From Trichoplax sp. H2 (taxonomy: Eukaryota), in contig NOWV01000019.1 in assembly GCA_003344405.1 (NCBI GenBank), positions 806,001-851,070 on the forward strand: 45,070 nt of DNA. Direction: 5' to 3'. Under the pieces are notes generated by a model. The model did no database searches. It was not told the DNA's origin and saw only the letters and a program-made list of their open reading frames with translations. A program made the position numbers and the translations under genes. Below are positions 1 to 13,800 of this stretch, piece by piece. Positions within the stretch are counted from its first letter, which is position 1. Each line of letters starts with the position of its first letter.

Positions 1-167
1 TAGTTAATAAAAGTTATTTTTCTATATTAAATCGATGTAAAAGGTTCTCTTTTATTTAGGCATATGCTGTAAATTACTGACTCTCTCATTGGCAAGGAAC
101 CAATGAATTGAGCACATATTATAGCAGATACATACAAGACCAGAGAGTATTCTCTACTTTCCGCCTC

Positions 168-187
168 NNNNNNNNNNNNNNNNNNNN
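168..187. other. Assembly gap (20 N)
   Basis: Run of n, followed by a C run. Confidence 1.
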
Positions 188-705
188 CCCCCCGCCCTCA
201 GGAAAAAGGATACTCGTCAATTTTTTGCCATTTAATTCATTAACTTAAGACAAAACACTAACGACGAGCAAGGCTGTTCTGGACTCCTAGATGTGCTAGG
301 AAGATTGCCTAAAAATAGTCCATGACGTGATCCTGTATAGACCGATAAGACGACGTGACTTGTAAAATGGTTGAAGCGACCAAACATGTAACAGCGACCA
401 ATAGTTTGTATAAGAAACATTAAGGCAACATTATAACTAAATATCTTTCAACCATTTTCGAGGGCCTCGCCACTCCCCGGCACTGTAATTGTGATCTTCT
501 ACTGCCCATTTCAGTATACTGAAGTACTCTATACTTCAGATGGACGGATTTCTTCGATCGCAACGTCGAAAATACGGTAGTTAGTTGGTTTTTAGTTCGA
601 AATGTCTGTCCGTATGGTTAGGTTCAGCTCATAGAGTTGACTTAACTCTATGGTTCAGCTAGAGCCATTTTTAACACTACTACATTCATACTGTTTTTTA
701 CAGTT

Positions 706-1001
706 AATACTATACAGTACTGTAGTGTACAGTACAGTACAGTACAGTACAGTACAGTAAGAAGTACTGTACATTCAGTATGCAGTACTGTACTTGACAA
801 AATTTTTGTTATTGCACAGTACGGTACTGTACTTTACAGTGTACAGTATGTAGCATAGCTGCACTGGTACTTGTAAAATGCGTGAGAATCACATGATCGT
901 AACGAATCGTAACCATACTGTACGGTAGACCACTACAGTACAGTCACCACAGTGCACCAAGTCCAGTACTGTACAGTACAGTACTGTACTGTACCGTACT
1001 G
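706..1001. repeat. Degenerate (GTACA/GTACT)n pentanucleotide repeat, first copy upstream of the hexosaminidase
   Basis: Runs such as tacagtacagtacagtacagtac and tactgtactgtac in both orientations. Confidence 0.9.
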
Positions 1002-1021
1002 NNNNNNNNNNNNNNNNNNNN
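1002..1021. other. Assembly gap (20 N)
   Basis: Run of n. Confidence 1.
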
Positions 1022-1154
1022 CTTCGATCGCAACGTCGAAAATACGGTAGTTAGTCGGTTTTTGACTACGAAATGTCTGTCCGTATGGTTAGGTTCAGCT
1101 CATAGAGTTAACTTAACTCTACAGTGCATGGTTCAGCTAGAGCCATTTTTAACA

Positions 1155-1540
1155 CTACTGTACAGTACAGTACTGTACACTGTACACTCAGTGAGTGTAC
1201 AGTACAGATTGTACAGTACTACATGCATACAGTACTGTACTGTACACTCATTAGTGAGTGTACAGTGTACAGTACTTGACAAAATTTTTGTTATTGCACA
1301 GTACAGTACAATACAGTACTGTACAGTACAGTATATTGCATAGCTGCACTGGTACTTGTAAAATGCGTGAGAATCACATGATCGTAACGAATCGTAACCA
1401 TGGACCACTACAGCACTGTACCACAGTGCACCAAGTCCAGTACTGTACAGTACAGTACTGTACTGTACCGTACTGTACGTACTGTACAGTACGGTACGGT
1501 ACTGTGCTGTACAGTGTACAGTACGACAGTATACTGTATC
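1155..1540. repeat. Degenerate (GTACA/GTACT)n pentanucleotide repeat immediately upstream of the hexosaminidase ATG
   Basis: Dense tacagtac/tactgtac units. These generate the spurious low-complexity TVQYS/YCTVL ORFs in the track. Confidence 0.9.
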
Positions 1541-1665
1541 TTTGCTAGTCCATCATTCTGTCTGTGTGTCCGCATACTACAGAGTAATAACACTTAAATA
1601 TCCAAGACAAGTCACTGTCGATACGTTTTAAACTGCTTATACTGTCTGTGTACCATAAAATCAAA

Positions 1666-4600
1666 ATGGCAATGATGAAAACGATTCACTGGTTCAAACC
1701 GTTGATTCTGTTGATATTGGTGGCTTATCCAGCCATGTGTGTGGTATGGCCGATGCCTCAAATGATGTCAACAACCTCGACTGTACTCACAATTAATTCA
1801 AAAAAATTTACCTTTCAATCGAGCAGCAAGAGCGATATATTACATCAGGCATTCGAAAGATACATGAATATAAGCTTCATTCCATTAGGGAAACAAATTC
1901 AACCACAACTTTCGGAATCTTTCAACGTTACTGCTAGTAGTGGTAGTCTTACCAGTTTGAAAGTAAACGTCCATAGTTCAAAGGAAGAATTAAATCTGGA
2001 TTCTGTGGAAAACTGTAATGATTGATTTTGGAATTGATTCGATTCAACGTTTACTCTCTTTATTCAATGTCGATGTGTTTATCATTGTTTCATACAGTAG
2101 TGTGGTGTATTGATGATGAACAGCGAATTACAGTTAATACTGTGCGTGTGTACAGTATGAGTAGTACCTGTACAGTACATTAATAGGAGTCCACACGACG
2201 CCCATGCCAATAACTTCGATCTTTTATTAAGTTAATTCACTAATGCCTGATACTTATTTCTGATCGTAGATACTTTGACGGTAACGGCAAAAGGAGCTAC
2301 ATTAGATGCTGACGAAGTTTGGGGAGCTCTAAGAGGTAGTACAGCTAGAAAGCTGTCCAACATAACATAAAAATATCCACGCCATAGCTAACTCTTAAAA
2401 TGGGGAATGAAACGATTTTAAGGCTAAACAAGATTATCTTTTTGTAGGATTGGAAACTTTTAGTCAACTTGTTGAACCTACTGAATCTGGCATGGTAAAT
2501 TTAGCTATACTTAAGTAGTTTTACAACTATTCATGGCTTCATGCTGTAGTGGAGGCTTGCTTTTAACATCTCTTCAAGACTTTGTAATACGTTATATACT
2601 GTACTTAATATTTACGCGTAATATGAGTTAATGTGATTTTGGGGGATCTGAATGTTAGTTCCAGATTAACGAAACTAAAGTTATCGACTTTCCTCGATTT
2701 AAACACCGTGGTATGCTTGTCGATACAGCAAGACATTTCTTGGATATGGAAGTACTTTACGAACATATTGTAAGTTTACGTTAGATCTAGGACGCTCATT
2801 CAAGACATTTAGGAACCGATAAAGATGAATTGATGAAAAATGTTTCTAATTACTACTATTGAAACCATTTAACTAAGCTTCTTTTCAAAAGACATAGCTA
2901 ACCGGTCAATTTTTCCACATAGGATGCTATGGCTTATAATAAGTATAACGTATTTCACTGGCATATCGTTGACGACGAATCCTTCCCATATGATTCAAAA
3001 GTCTTACCAGAAGTTACGGCAAAGGTAGGCTGTCAATATTTTATTGATAAGGTTGAGTCGTTTGTTACTGTACGCAATTTATCAAATAAAGTATTTTGAT
3101 TGGTTTGAGCTAAATGGTATTATTTTCTTCATCAGCAATGATTAATATTCTACGGTATAAAAACATGCTATTTACATTTGTCAATTAGGGATCCTTTAAT
3201 CCTAAAACCCATGTTTATACTGCTGATGATATTACCAAAATTATCAAGTACTGTAGATATCGTGGTCTAAGAGTAATTCCTGAATTTGATACTCCGGTAA
3301 GCACTGACATGAATCTGTATTAGATAGCCCAGCGAAGTAGTATACATTTAAAATGTTTACATTTAATAAATAACATTCTTTAAAACAGGGACATACTCGA
3401 TGTTGGGGTCGAAGTAAGCCAAACCTTTTAACAAAGTGTTACACTGGATTTTTGCCTAACGGGTATGTCAGGGCCACTTCCTTTATTAGTTTATGACAGT
3501 GGACTCCGTTTATTATATAATCATAGTTTGGACATGAGTATTTTGCTCTTTTGAGAATAACCAAAATACAACATGTTGGTTATCTCAAAGAGAAAATCGG
3601 AACATGCTGGCTTTCTGGAACTAATAGTCTTATTTCATTCAACAGCAAAACTGGCCCAATCAATCCTATATTTCCTGAGAATTACGAATTCATGAAAACT
3701 TTATTGTCTGAAGTTCATAAGAGATTTACTGATAAATATATCCATCTAGGTGGTGATGAAGTCTTACTTAATTGCTGGTTTGTATGCATGAAAGATACAT
3801 ACTGTTTAGACTTTGATAGTGCATATAGCAATATCGGTGACTACAAATATTTTTGCAAACGCAAATTTTATAATATAGGAAAAGTAACCCTGATGTTAGA
3901 AACTGGATGGTAGAGAAAGGATTAGGCAATAATATTTCTCTATTGGAATCCTACTACGAGTCCAGGTGCTGTACATAGGAATAATGCATTTTATGCTAAT
4001 GCATAGATAACATAGATATGTTATACAATCTGAATATGGTCTCATAAAATTTTTTCTTAACGTGAACAGATTGTTGGGAATTGCTTCCAATTTAGGCTAT
4101 GACTACATTATTTGGCAGTCTGTTGTAGATAACAACGTGAAGGTACAACCCCTCGCATCTCATCTTGCCGAAGTGTTATTATCCTGTATTGTAGCAAGCG
4201 TAAATAATAATTTCTTAATTATTTACAGGTAATGCCGTCTACGGTAGTCAACGTTTACAAAGGCGGATTTCCAGCTGAATTAGATAGGGTAACAAAGAGA
4301 AATTTTACTACTATCTTATCTTCATGTTGGTACTTGGATATTTACGCTTACGGACCTGACTGGAAGAGGGTATGATTTATTAGTTAGAAATTTTCTACAG
4401 AATCCTGATATTTTGTTAAATTTTGTTGATATTTTACAATCTAATAAGCTATTCGAATATAATATATATAGTACTATAGTTGCGAGCCCTTTTCTTTTAA
4501 TGGTACTCAAAAACAATACGACCTAATCATTGGCGGCGAATCTTGTATTTGGACCGAATACGTTGACGATACCAATCTAATATCCCGCGTATGGCCGCGG

Positions 4601-4765
4601 GCAAGTGGAACTGCTGAACGACTATGGAGTGCCAAAAATGTGAACAGCATCGCATTAGCTACACCAAGAATACATGATTTTAGATGTAAAATTCTAATTA
4701 GACGAGGTATTCGAGCTGAGCCAGTTACCGGTCCAGGATTTTGCGAGTATGAATTTGGAATGTAA
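1666..4765 (+). CDS. HEXB: Lysosomal beta-N-acetylhexosaminidase subunit (glycoside hydrolase family 20, HEXA/HEXB-like), 12 coding exons, about 527 aa
   Basis: Exons with GT-AG boundaries and consistent phases: 1666-2014, 2270-2335, 2448-2494, 2659-2769, 2923-3024, 3189-3296, 3389-3462, 3646-3777, 3879-3965, 4070-4142, 4229-4369, 4472-4765 (1584 nt, ends TAA). Signal-peptide-like N-terminus followed by VWPMPQ. GH20 motifs: [60 protein letters not shown], catalytic [35 protein letters not shown]. The HEXA/HEXB split is vertebrate-specific, so the symbol is approximate; WYLD-I resembles beta rather than alpha WYLNR. Confidence 0.95.
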
Positions 4766-7327
4766 ACGAGTGAAGGCTGCTATTTACTATGGACATTGAA
4801 TACCTGACCATATAATTCATATTAATTGATAACTTTTCTTAAATGATTTCGTTACTTTCAGTGATCTATTATGTTTATTCTCAGATATCATGATCATTTT
4901 CTAAGCAAAGATAGTTTTTAAATGTCAAGTTAGTGATTTTTTAAATTGTACCATATTTAGTTTCATTTTTGGAATGGCTGTGATTACCTACGATGGTAAC
5001 TGACGGTTGTTTTAATGTAATGATATTTGGTGGATAATGTACTAAAATATATCTTATTTTATCACTCGAATTGCATGCTCAACAATTGAAAATAACAAGT
5101 TTCTCTAATACAAAGATTGAAGACATTAGCTCAGTAACCCTTAAAAACTTGCGAAATTGATACTGATTTCATATAGCTAAAGTAGTTTCCAGATTGTGTG
5201 CGATAGCCAAATCTTGCTAACTTCAACGTTTTGTATGGCTATATCGTGTTCTCCCTTCTATCAGGATCAATTAATTATCGCTTTTAAGCGCTTGAACACT
5301 TACTCTGCATTGCAACAGTGGAATATAGATTGACAACGATGGTGATAGCATGCCGACTCCAATATTATCGCTGTGTATGCTAGCTATACTAAAAGTAATT
5401 ACCTAACAAAGGAGGCTAGGCTATGACTCGGTCTGAAAGCTGTTAATCTCTTGATTACCCTTAGTTGTATAGGAGAAATATACTAGTGCTCATTAATAAT
5501 TATGTTATTAATAGGTATAGCATGCCCAACGTATCTCTTTAAAATAATAGCGAATATTATAAGCAAAAGGCAATAATTTAGCTATACAACTAGTTGCGCT
5601 CTTACATGAGGTGGTATAGTAGTAACGTAATTTAAGTAACAAATATAAGGTGCGGCCTTAGTATATTTTACCTTTTGACTTGATAAACTTGACAGCAATA
5701 ACTCAGCACGTTGCAACTATACTGTTCACAGTCAAATACTATATCGAAAAGGGGATGAGCAACAGTGTTACAGAGTAACTTCTGCGTAGCTGTCGTAACA
5801 CAATTTATCCGACAACTTATCTAGGAATGTGTTGATAGTAACTTAGCTATGGCGTTTCACATATTTTTGATAGATAACGGTATAGTTATATAATGTAATC
5901 CATTAAATGATAATTAATCGCATTAGTTATACTGTACTGTTTATGTAGACTTACTATAAATTGACTGGCTTCTCAATAACTTTAGGTTTTACTGTAGTTT
6001 TGTCTAAGAGAGACTAATGGGGTCACTCTTTCTCCAGACGATTGGAGATCGTCAGTATTTAGAGTCGCACTGTGGGCAAATATTAGGGAGGACAACCCTG
6101 ACAGTAGACTCGTAGTGCTGTAGTAGCTTAATTTTCTCCTGTTACAAATTTTGTGTAACAGCAACATAACAACTACATTTTCTTATTTATCGACCAAGAT
6201 TGGACTAATCACTATGCATATACTCGTATGGTAGCTACATGTTAAAGATGCGTAATGCATTCTATTCTACTGATGGCGTAAAATAAATAGCAAAAGAAAT
6301 ATTTGTCGAACCTGATAGCTTGCTATTTTCAATAGACTAAGTCATATACTAGATAAGTTAGTTAATTACTTCAACTATATTACAGCAAATTGCATTTCAT
6401 TTTGCTGACAAAACGAATACTAATTGATCATTTTTAATACTTAAAAAACTGCTGTTCTCAATAGGTTAGTCTGACGGTTACTACATACTACTGACACTTA
6501 CTTTTGCATAATTTGCTGCACACGACAATCTAAACCTTTATTATTGTAAGCAGTGGTAGGCATGAGTTGACGTATTCTGGTGGTATATGTTTTTAATTCA
6601 TTCGGTTAATGACATAATGAACTTATTAATTTATGTCACTTGCTATGTCACTAGCTCTGACTGCTACTTGCCTTAAGTCAAATTTCGAAATATCATTTTC
6701 ACGTCATAACGTAAATCAATTTTAGAAGAATTTCAAAAATCAAATCTACAAATACAACAGTATTTGGAAATACTATAAAATGCAATTTTCGATGTACAGT
6801 TTTGAAAAAATTGGATAGTGAAACATGGCATTTACGAGAATTCACTTTATAATAAACCTTATGTTCTTGTCTAATTTTTTTAGCACTATACAATCGAGTA
6901 TACTGAATTCATGAACTTTATTTTAAGTCAAAAGATTATGCACGCGCACACAACGTGTATGTGAATTGCGTACATTTGATTATAATTATATAATTATCAT
7001 TCACTAAATAAAATATAAACAAATGGTATTATAATTTATTTACAGTGCTCTGTCGACTTGATGCATCATTCAATTGTGAGCTACCTATCGCACACTAAGA
7101 AGGGATTCATACATGGTCTGATAACCTAGCTCTGAATTTTGCTAAGTGTAATGCGTTGTGTAGTATACGTTCTCGTTCATTTGAACGGGTACTCGATTAG
7201 TATCTACTAATTGTGCAAACATAAGTGGGTAAGATTACACTTTTATATGAGTAGAAAGAAAATAAAAGTTCGCGTATTTAGAAGCGGACATTGAATAAAT
7301 ACCGCTGACCTAAAATAATTATTGCAT

Positions 7328-7846
7328 ATGATACTTTACCAAGCAGCATCTGCTATAAAATACTAATGTAAATGTACATGCATACACTGTTGCTTATTAC
7401 ACTGTGCATTGTTTTCACACTGTTAAGAATCTTTTGAATCTGTTATGAGCATTTTCAGTTTAGAATTTCCATTCAAAGATAGCGTTGGTGTCTTTAAGAC
7501 ATAAATTATATCNNNNNNNNNNNNNNNNNNNNTTTTATCTCATTTCTACCATCCTATTATCAGCTACAAGCGCATTAAAACATAGCACATAACCTTATCT
7601 TATCTATTCAGAAGCATTCATTAATTTACAGTTACTTAATTAGTAACGGCGTTCCGTGACAATGATACTTTACCAAGCAGCATCTGCTATAAAATACTAA
7701 TGTAAATGTACATGCATACACTGTTGCTTATCACACTGTGCATTGTTATCACACTGTTAAGAATCTTTTGAATCTGTTATGAGCATTTTCAGTTTAGAAT
7801 TTCCATTCAAAGATAGCGTTGGTGTCTTTAAGACATAAATTATATC
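7328..7846. repeat. 185-bp near-identical direct duplication (7328-7512 and 7662-7846) spanning an assembly gap
   Basis: atgatactttaccaagcagcatctgc...taagacataaattatatc occurs twice with very few differences. The first copy ends exactly at the N gap 7513-7532. Confidence 0.85.
7513..7532. other. Assembly gap (20 N)
   Basis: Run of n. Confidence 1.
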
Positions 7847-10800
7847 ACTATCAAAATTAGAATTGTTACTGAAAGACTCCAGAATATTCGAGTATTCCAT
7901 CTTTCATCGCTGCAATCCTTTAGCACATCGGATTGGTTAAATTAAAATAGTTGTGATTCTATTTCCTAATAGAAAATATCTGTAAAGCATACTATCTGAA
8001 TAGACTAGGCACTATTTAAAATATTCCAAGTTTAACCTGCAGTTTTTATGGTATGGCTATAGCACCCCGTAAGATCTAATGTTTATGATATTTCAGACCA
8101 ACCTTATTATCGAGTTATTATTAATTTTAATCTCTTAAACGATTTAGTGGAACTGATTCTCTAGGTCTTAATTGATCGTTAATTGATTTATATTAATTAA
8201 GGTTGTTTACTGTTAGATTCTGTAATATGTTATATTATAAATTTACCTCTCATTCTAATACTAATATAAGTAAATTGTACAACCGGCACATTTTAACAAT
8301 GCTCCATTAGTTTATGGCAAATGTATATAAGCCAGTGTAACATTTTAGTTGACTAATTACTATCTCTTAGTCGTATACAAAGGTTTATACTTTTGTATAC
8401 ACTTAGAATAAAAACTCAAAAGCTAAACAAACTTCTAGCTGCATATAGTGCTGTGAGACAGTAGTTAGTCTAATTCGCAGCATTAATTTATCTCCATAGT
8501 TAGTAGGAGCTCGTTAAGTAGCCAGTAAAATAGTTTAGTCGATTACAAAGACGACTTTATGACGGTAACATTAAAATTAGATAAATCGTTTAGGAATGAA
8601 TTGTCGAATTGAAGTGAAATAGCTGAGTCAAAATATTGTAACAGTAAGCATAGCCTCTGCTAAACGTAATCAATTTAGTTGACAAACTCATTCATTGAAT
8701 TTTATTTAGAACTTACAATCTTACTAACGAAATAAAATTTGATCACCCCAAACTACTATTTTACCCCGGCGGCAGCTGAATTGCTTCCATTTAATAAAAG
8801 TAAATCATTACCAAAGTTGAAATAGATATCCACAGCGTTAAAAACTGTATTGCAAACGAAGCGAACTTAAATACTATTAATAGATTAACGGTAAATTGCA
8901 GCCTATTGATAAATTTAAGGTTGACTAGATTTCATTTTTAAACGCTGCTGTAATCTTAACCTTAACCCACGCGACTTCTTCCTAAGTCATCATATTATTC
9001 GATGGTAAGGTAGGCTAAAAAGTTCGAATTAGCTTCCAATATGATTAAAGAAGCTTTTATTTTCTTAGTTAATATTTGCTTGATTAATGATTGTTACGAA
9101 ATCAATTACAAGATTACTGTCATGATAACATTCTCGCAGTGTCGTAAACTGCAATTAATCTTTTAGTTTTACAGCATCAGTAGCTCTAATGTTTTACATG
9201 AACTAATTATGTTGTCTTTTACGCGCAATACTTTAATTCAATCATCTTGGTTAGGCAGTTATATAATAGAACAATAAAAAATAAAAGTAGAAACAACAAT
9301 AATGAATCCGTTATCTTAATTTAATTAATGATGTCTAAACAGTAACAACAAATTCTCCTTCCCTAGAAAAAGACTAAGAATTAATTCCCGTAAATCTAAT
9401 TGGCTTTTACAGTCCTTTATGGAACATCAATAGAATAAAATAATCATTTTATCCAGAAGCAATAAAGCCATACACGAAATTCTATTACTATTAAGAATCA
9501 ACACTAAATCTCATTTCGCGAAAAGATGCTAGTAGTATCTATTATTGTATGTTTCTACCTTAGATTATTTCTATTTCATAATAGAGCTACATTGGAAACA
9601 ATTTTGTAAAAATTGATATTATACTACATCAGTAAAAATATTAGATTCCATTAATCGGTTACTAAATTTATTAAAATATAATGTTGGCCATGATATTATA
9701 CGTATACCTAATTTGCCAAAATCAGTTAGAAAAACTGAATATTTAATAAATCTGAAGTGAATCTCTATATTTACATGAACTTCGATATCGTAATACAGTT
9801 CAAATAATATATTTTACGTAACCATAATCTAGCAAATTGGTAAATAGCAAAGATAGCCAAATTCAATATTGTATATCAATATTAATTCAGAATTAATTCG
9901 GGCATAATTCTATCGATTGCCATAATGCTTTAATGTAACATTGCTATAAAATATCGATGAAACATAAATAAAACGGAATTAGTTAAGCAGTCTAATTCTA
10001 AAATTAAGATAAAACTAGCATAAATATCTGTAGAATCAATTTAGCGCATAAATATTTGCTTTCATTAATCAAAATGTTAATCCTGATAATAATGAAGTAG
10101 TTTCAAATTGCGAAAAAATGAAGGATAAATGGCGAATGGATATGCGCTTTCGAAGATTCGATATAAATGTAAAGCGTCATAAAATGCCCGATCGAGCCTT
10201 AATGAAATAATTTCGCATAGGTTTTCCTCCAGCTAGATAATAGAACCTAATTGGTCTAATTACCATTCTTATATAATCAGTAACCCATTGTCTTGTCTTT
10301 TGTATTGATGGATCGCTTATGTCCATTTATCTATAAACGTTAATTCTGCAGGTGTTTCAATTCCTCTAATTTTCTCTGTCGTAGATTGGAATATTAATCA
10401 ATTTAATGGAATGAACTGTTAACACAACTAGAAAGACCAAATACTGATGGTTAAAAGCAAGCTAGTTGAATTCATAATGCTAATTTAATCGTAAATTTTA
10501 GCAATCATTTAATTCTATACAGTATCAAAATGATTGTAGTCTATTCAATACATTATCATTAGCTATTCATCTTTATTCTATTCAAGCTTGAAATTTTCTC
10601 CTCATTACCCCACCTTCATCCTTCATATGAAATGTAAAAAATGCCGGAAAGACGGAAATGAATCAAGACACAGTTGCGATACTATAACTTATCATATTAT
10701 GATATATAGAAGAGGATCAAAATAGTTTTCCCGATTTGAAATATTGATATTTGCTGGAAAAAACAATACTTCTGTGTCCCAAATCGGTACGATTTATTAC

Positions 10801-13800
10801 AATTGTTGTTGAATTCACCTTATTAAATTAGCTGTGTTTTATTAATTTCTAGTAAATAAAATCGAAGATGACAAAAGTACTATTTGTTATCAAATAATGA
10901 TAACTTTTAATACTATCTAAGTCATCAAAACCTGTATCTGGTAGTTGTCATGTGTACTTCCATTATATTTAACCCTTCGAAAAGGAAAACATTTAATTAA
11001 TACGCTTGTTAAGTATTGCAACTTTCCTGCAACTATTTTGCAATCCTTATTCTCTATTCAAAGTACTGTATGCTCCTTGTAGAATTAGATGAATCTGATT
11101 CTAAATCGTTATAAATTTACTGGCATCTATTAACTAATATTTTACGCCCTAATCCTTAAATCTAGTAAAACTTGATTATATTTATAGTAGTGAAGATCTT
11201 AGGAATATCGCATATAATGTAATCGTTAACACACTGCAGTAACATTACCTGTAAGTTTTAGTTATAGAACTTCACCAACATTTTTATAATTATCTTCCTC
11301 CTTATAGCAATTAGAAATCAGCACACAATCTTATTCAATTAATTTATAACTAGCGTCAATCAAAATGATTATTTTATGATTATTTCGCAATTCATTGATC
11401 AGTTCCAATGATTATATGCAGCAAATATGACTATTATAGAATTGGATGTAATATGCTTCATACCATCGTAGCACTTACCGGTGCCTAATGGCTAAAACTT
11501 CTTAATTGCAATGGATATGTCATTAATATCAGTTACAGTATTCGGATTTAAAAGATAATTATTTCTTATTTCATATTTTATACCGGCAAGAATTGAAGAA
11601 AATCTTACGTCTAATAAATCCAAGGGGCATTTCAATTGCCATCAAAGCTTAGCCAAGAACACAATTTTTGTTCATATAAGCTTCCCTTCATTGCAATTTT
11701 AAATTATTACTGTTAATTGTCCAAAAATTTATGGAGTCAATTATATAAATATAGGCATTTATCGGCAAAATTTTAATAAAAACAACTCAGGTTTCGTAAA
11801 TAAAGGCTACACTAAAAGGCTTACTTTAATGAATTGCAACGGATTTTATTTTGATTGCATGTTATTTCACATAATTCTCATAAATCAATAACGTTCAACA
11901 CATCATCAAATTTTTCATCTTCTCGTATAGTCATTATTTGGTCAGCTTATAGAGCCTTGCTAGATATAAATAGCTATTCCAGCAAATCTCATTTCTGTTA
12001 TCAAATTTCTTATGAAGTATTCGTCAAATTACGGATATTCATCGTTACTTCTTAGCAAAATAGCGATGTCAGTAAACTTATCAATCTTCTCCATACTCAT
12101 ATATAAGGCCAATAGAAATAATGGTGAGAAAATCTATGGTCATACTGCGATATTACCTCTGAAATCTTTAGTCTTAAAGCTACACCTCTGCAGAGATGAA
12201 TATAGAGAATCTAAATTGCAGAAATCATAGGTGACTTAAAAACAATTTATAAAAAAATCAAGATTTAACATTTGTATTGACCAATTTACGTCAACTCTTT
12301 TGATTTTTTTTACCTTGAGTTTTAGTACTACACTAACGGACTAGTCTGCTACCTAGTTATCTCATCTTGCTTATAAGAATATTATTAATGCTATATCAAA
12401 CCTATTGATGCTATTTCATAACAAATCAGTAAGCTGATTTAGCTCATGTCCTTCTTAGGATGTGTTGATATTAAATCTAATATAGCTAACCCAGAATAAT
12501 GATTGTTAATATACAAGTTAACAATCCAAATTTTATTTTTCTCTTTCAAATATGCCTAAGTAACACGTTTTTTGCAATTTTATTACAAATTTGAAATATT
12601 TAGATTTACAATCCAGTGATAATTAAATGCTTTCTTTAGCATACTCATGTAGTGACAATTTATCACCGATGACTGTGATACTTATAAACGATTGCTTACA
12701 TTGTCTTTTTTTAAGAACTGATATTTTTCTATCGTAGTTACAATTTTTCCATGTTACAGAACAAGCAGAACAATATAAAGAACGGAAAGTGAAATCGATT
12801 TGTTATCATGCAAATAATTATGTATCTCCCTTATACACGTAATTATCAATTTTCATTGAAACCATTGAATTGGAATTCATTATGTTTAGAACTATATTAG
12901 GATATTACATTCGAACTCAAATGGATTAGATGGAAATTGCTTTCCGCATTTCTGCATAATTTCGTTAATAAAATGATTTTGCATCAGTAAAATTATAAGA
13001 ATTTTTAATCTTCACTTAATATGAAATCACTTATTTCACTAAAGTACTTTTTTATCAATTCGAAACTTTCCGTTAACACTAATCTGTTTTCATTGATTTT
13101 GAGTTTGATTGCAGTATCACAGTACATAGCTCCTTAGAGTTTTATTTTAATCTATTTTACGTTATAAAGAAATTAGAACATCTTTATAAAAATTCTGCAA
13201 AATTTGTCCAACTCTGTGGCCGTAAATCATTCCTATATTAAATGGTAGCAACAATTACAGTTTCTTAATCAATCATGATATACTGCATATTGTTTCCTTT
13301 ATCATTTTTGTTATGATTTCAAATCAAAACAAATTTTATTAGGGCTACTTCATCCTTTATTATAATAAAATAACCCAACGATAAAAATGTTTATTAATTC
13401 CACGTTGAAATATATTGTTGATCTATATTATATGCTATAAGATAACTAACTACCTAATTTTACGGTTATTTTGAGCTATTATTGGTGTAATAACGCTTTA
13501 AAAACATTTATTACGCTATTTGGAAACCGGTAAATTATTCTAAGGCCATATTTTAACAGCATGTGCAAGAATAACTAAAATAAACCAATTCAAACAATTC
13601 TGTTTTTGAGCTGAATTTGTACTGAATTATAACTATTGCTATTGCTAGGTTTATTTTAATTGAAGCCGTTGTCATGTACTTGATTAGTGATATATACATG
13701 GTTATTCTATAGCAGTTAGTAGCTGGTAATGAACGTAATGATTAATATGGAATTATGAATACTATTACATGTACTACTGGTACCTTAACTTAACACCATG

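Larger units (their letters stand above)
552..1475. repeat. Near-identical direct duplication (552-1001 and 1022-1475) on either side of an assembly gap; probable uncollapsed allelic haplotypes
   Basis: Both copies start cttcgatcgcaacgtcgaaaatacggtagttag and share gacaaaatttttgttattgcacag and gtaaaatgcgtgagaatcacatgatcgtaacgaatcgtaacc. They are separated only by the 20-N gap at 1002-1021. Confidence 0.85.

Noticed and set aside
232..509. Minus-strand ORF and ATG segment that could start a gene divergent from the hexosaminidase
   Set aside because: No recognisable homology, and adjacent to a gap and the window edge.
1062..1597. Overlapping ORFs rich in TVQYS/YCTVL on both strands
   Set aside because: Translations of the pentamer repeat, which lacks stop codons; no protein-like content.
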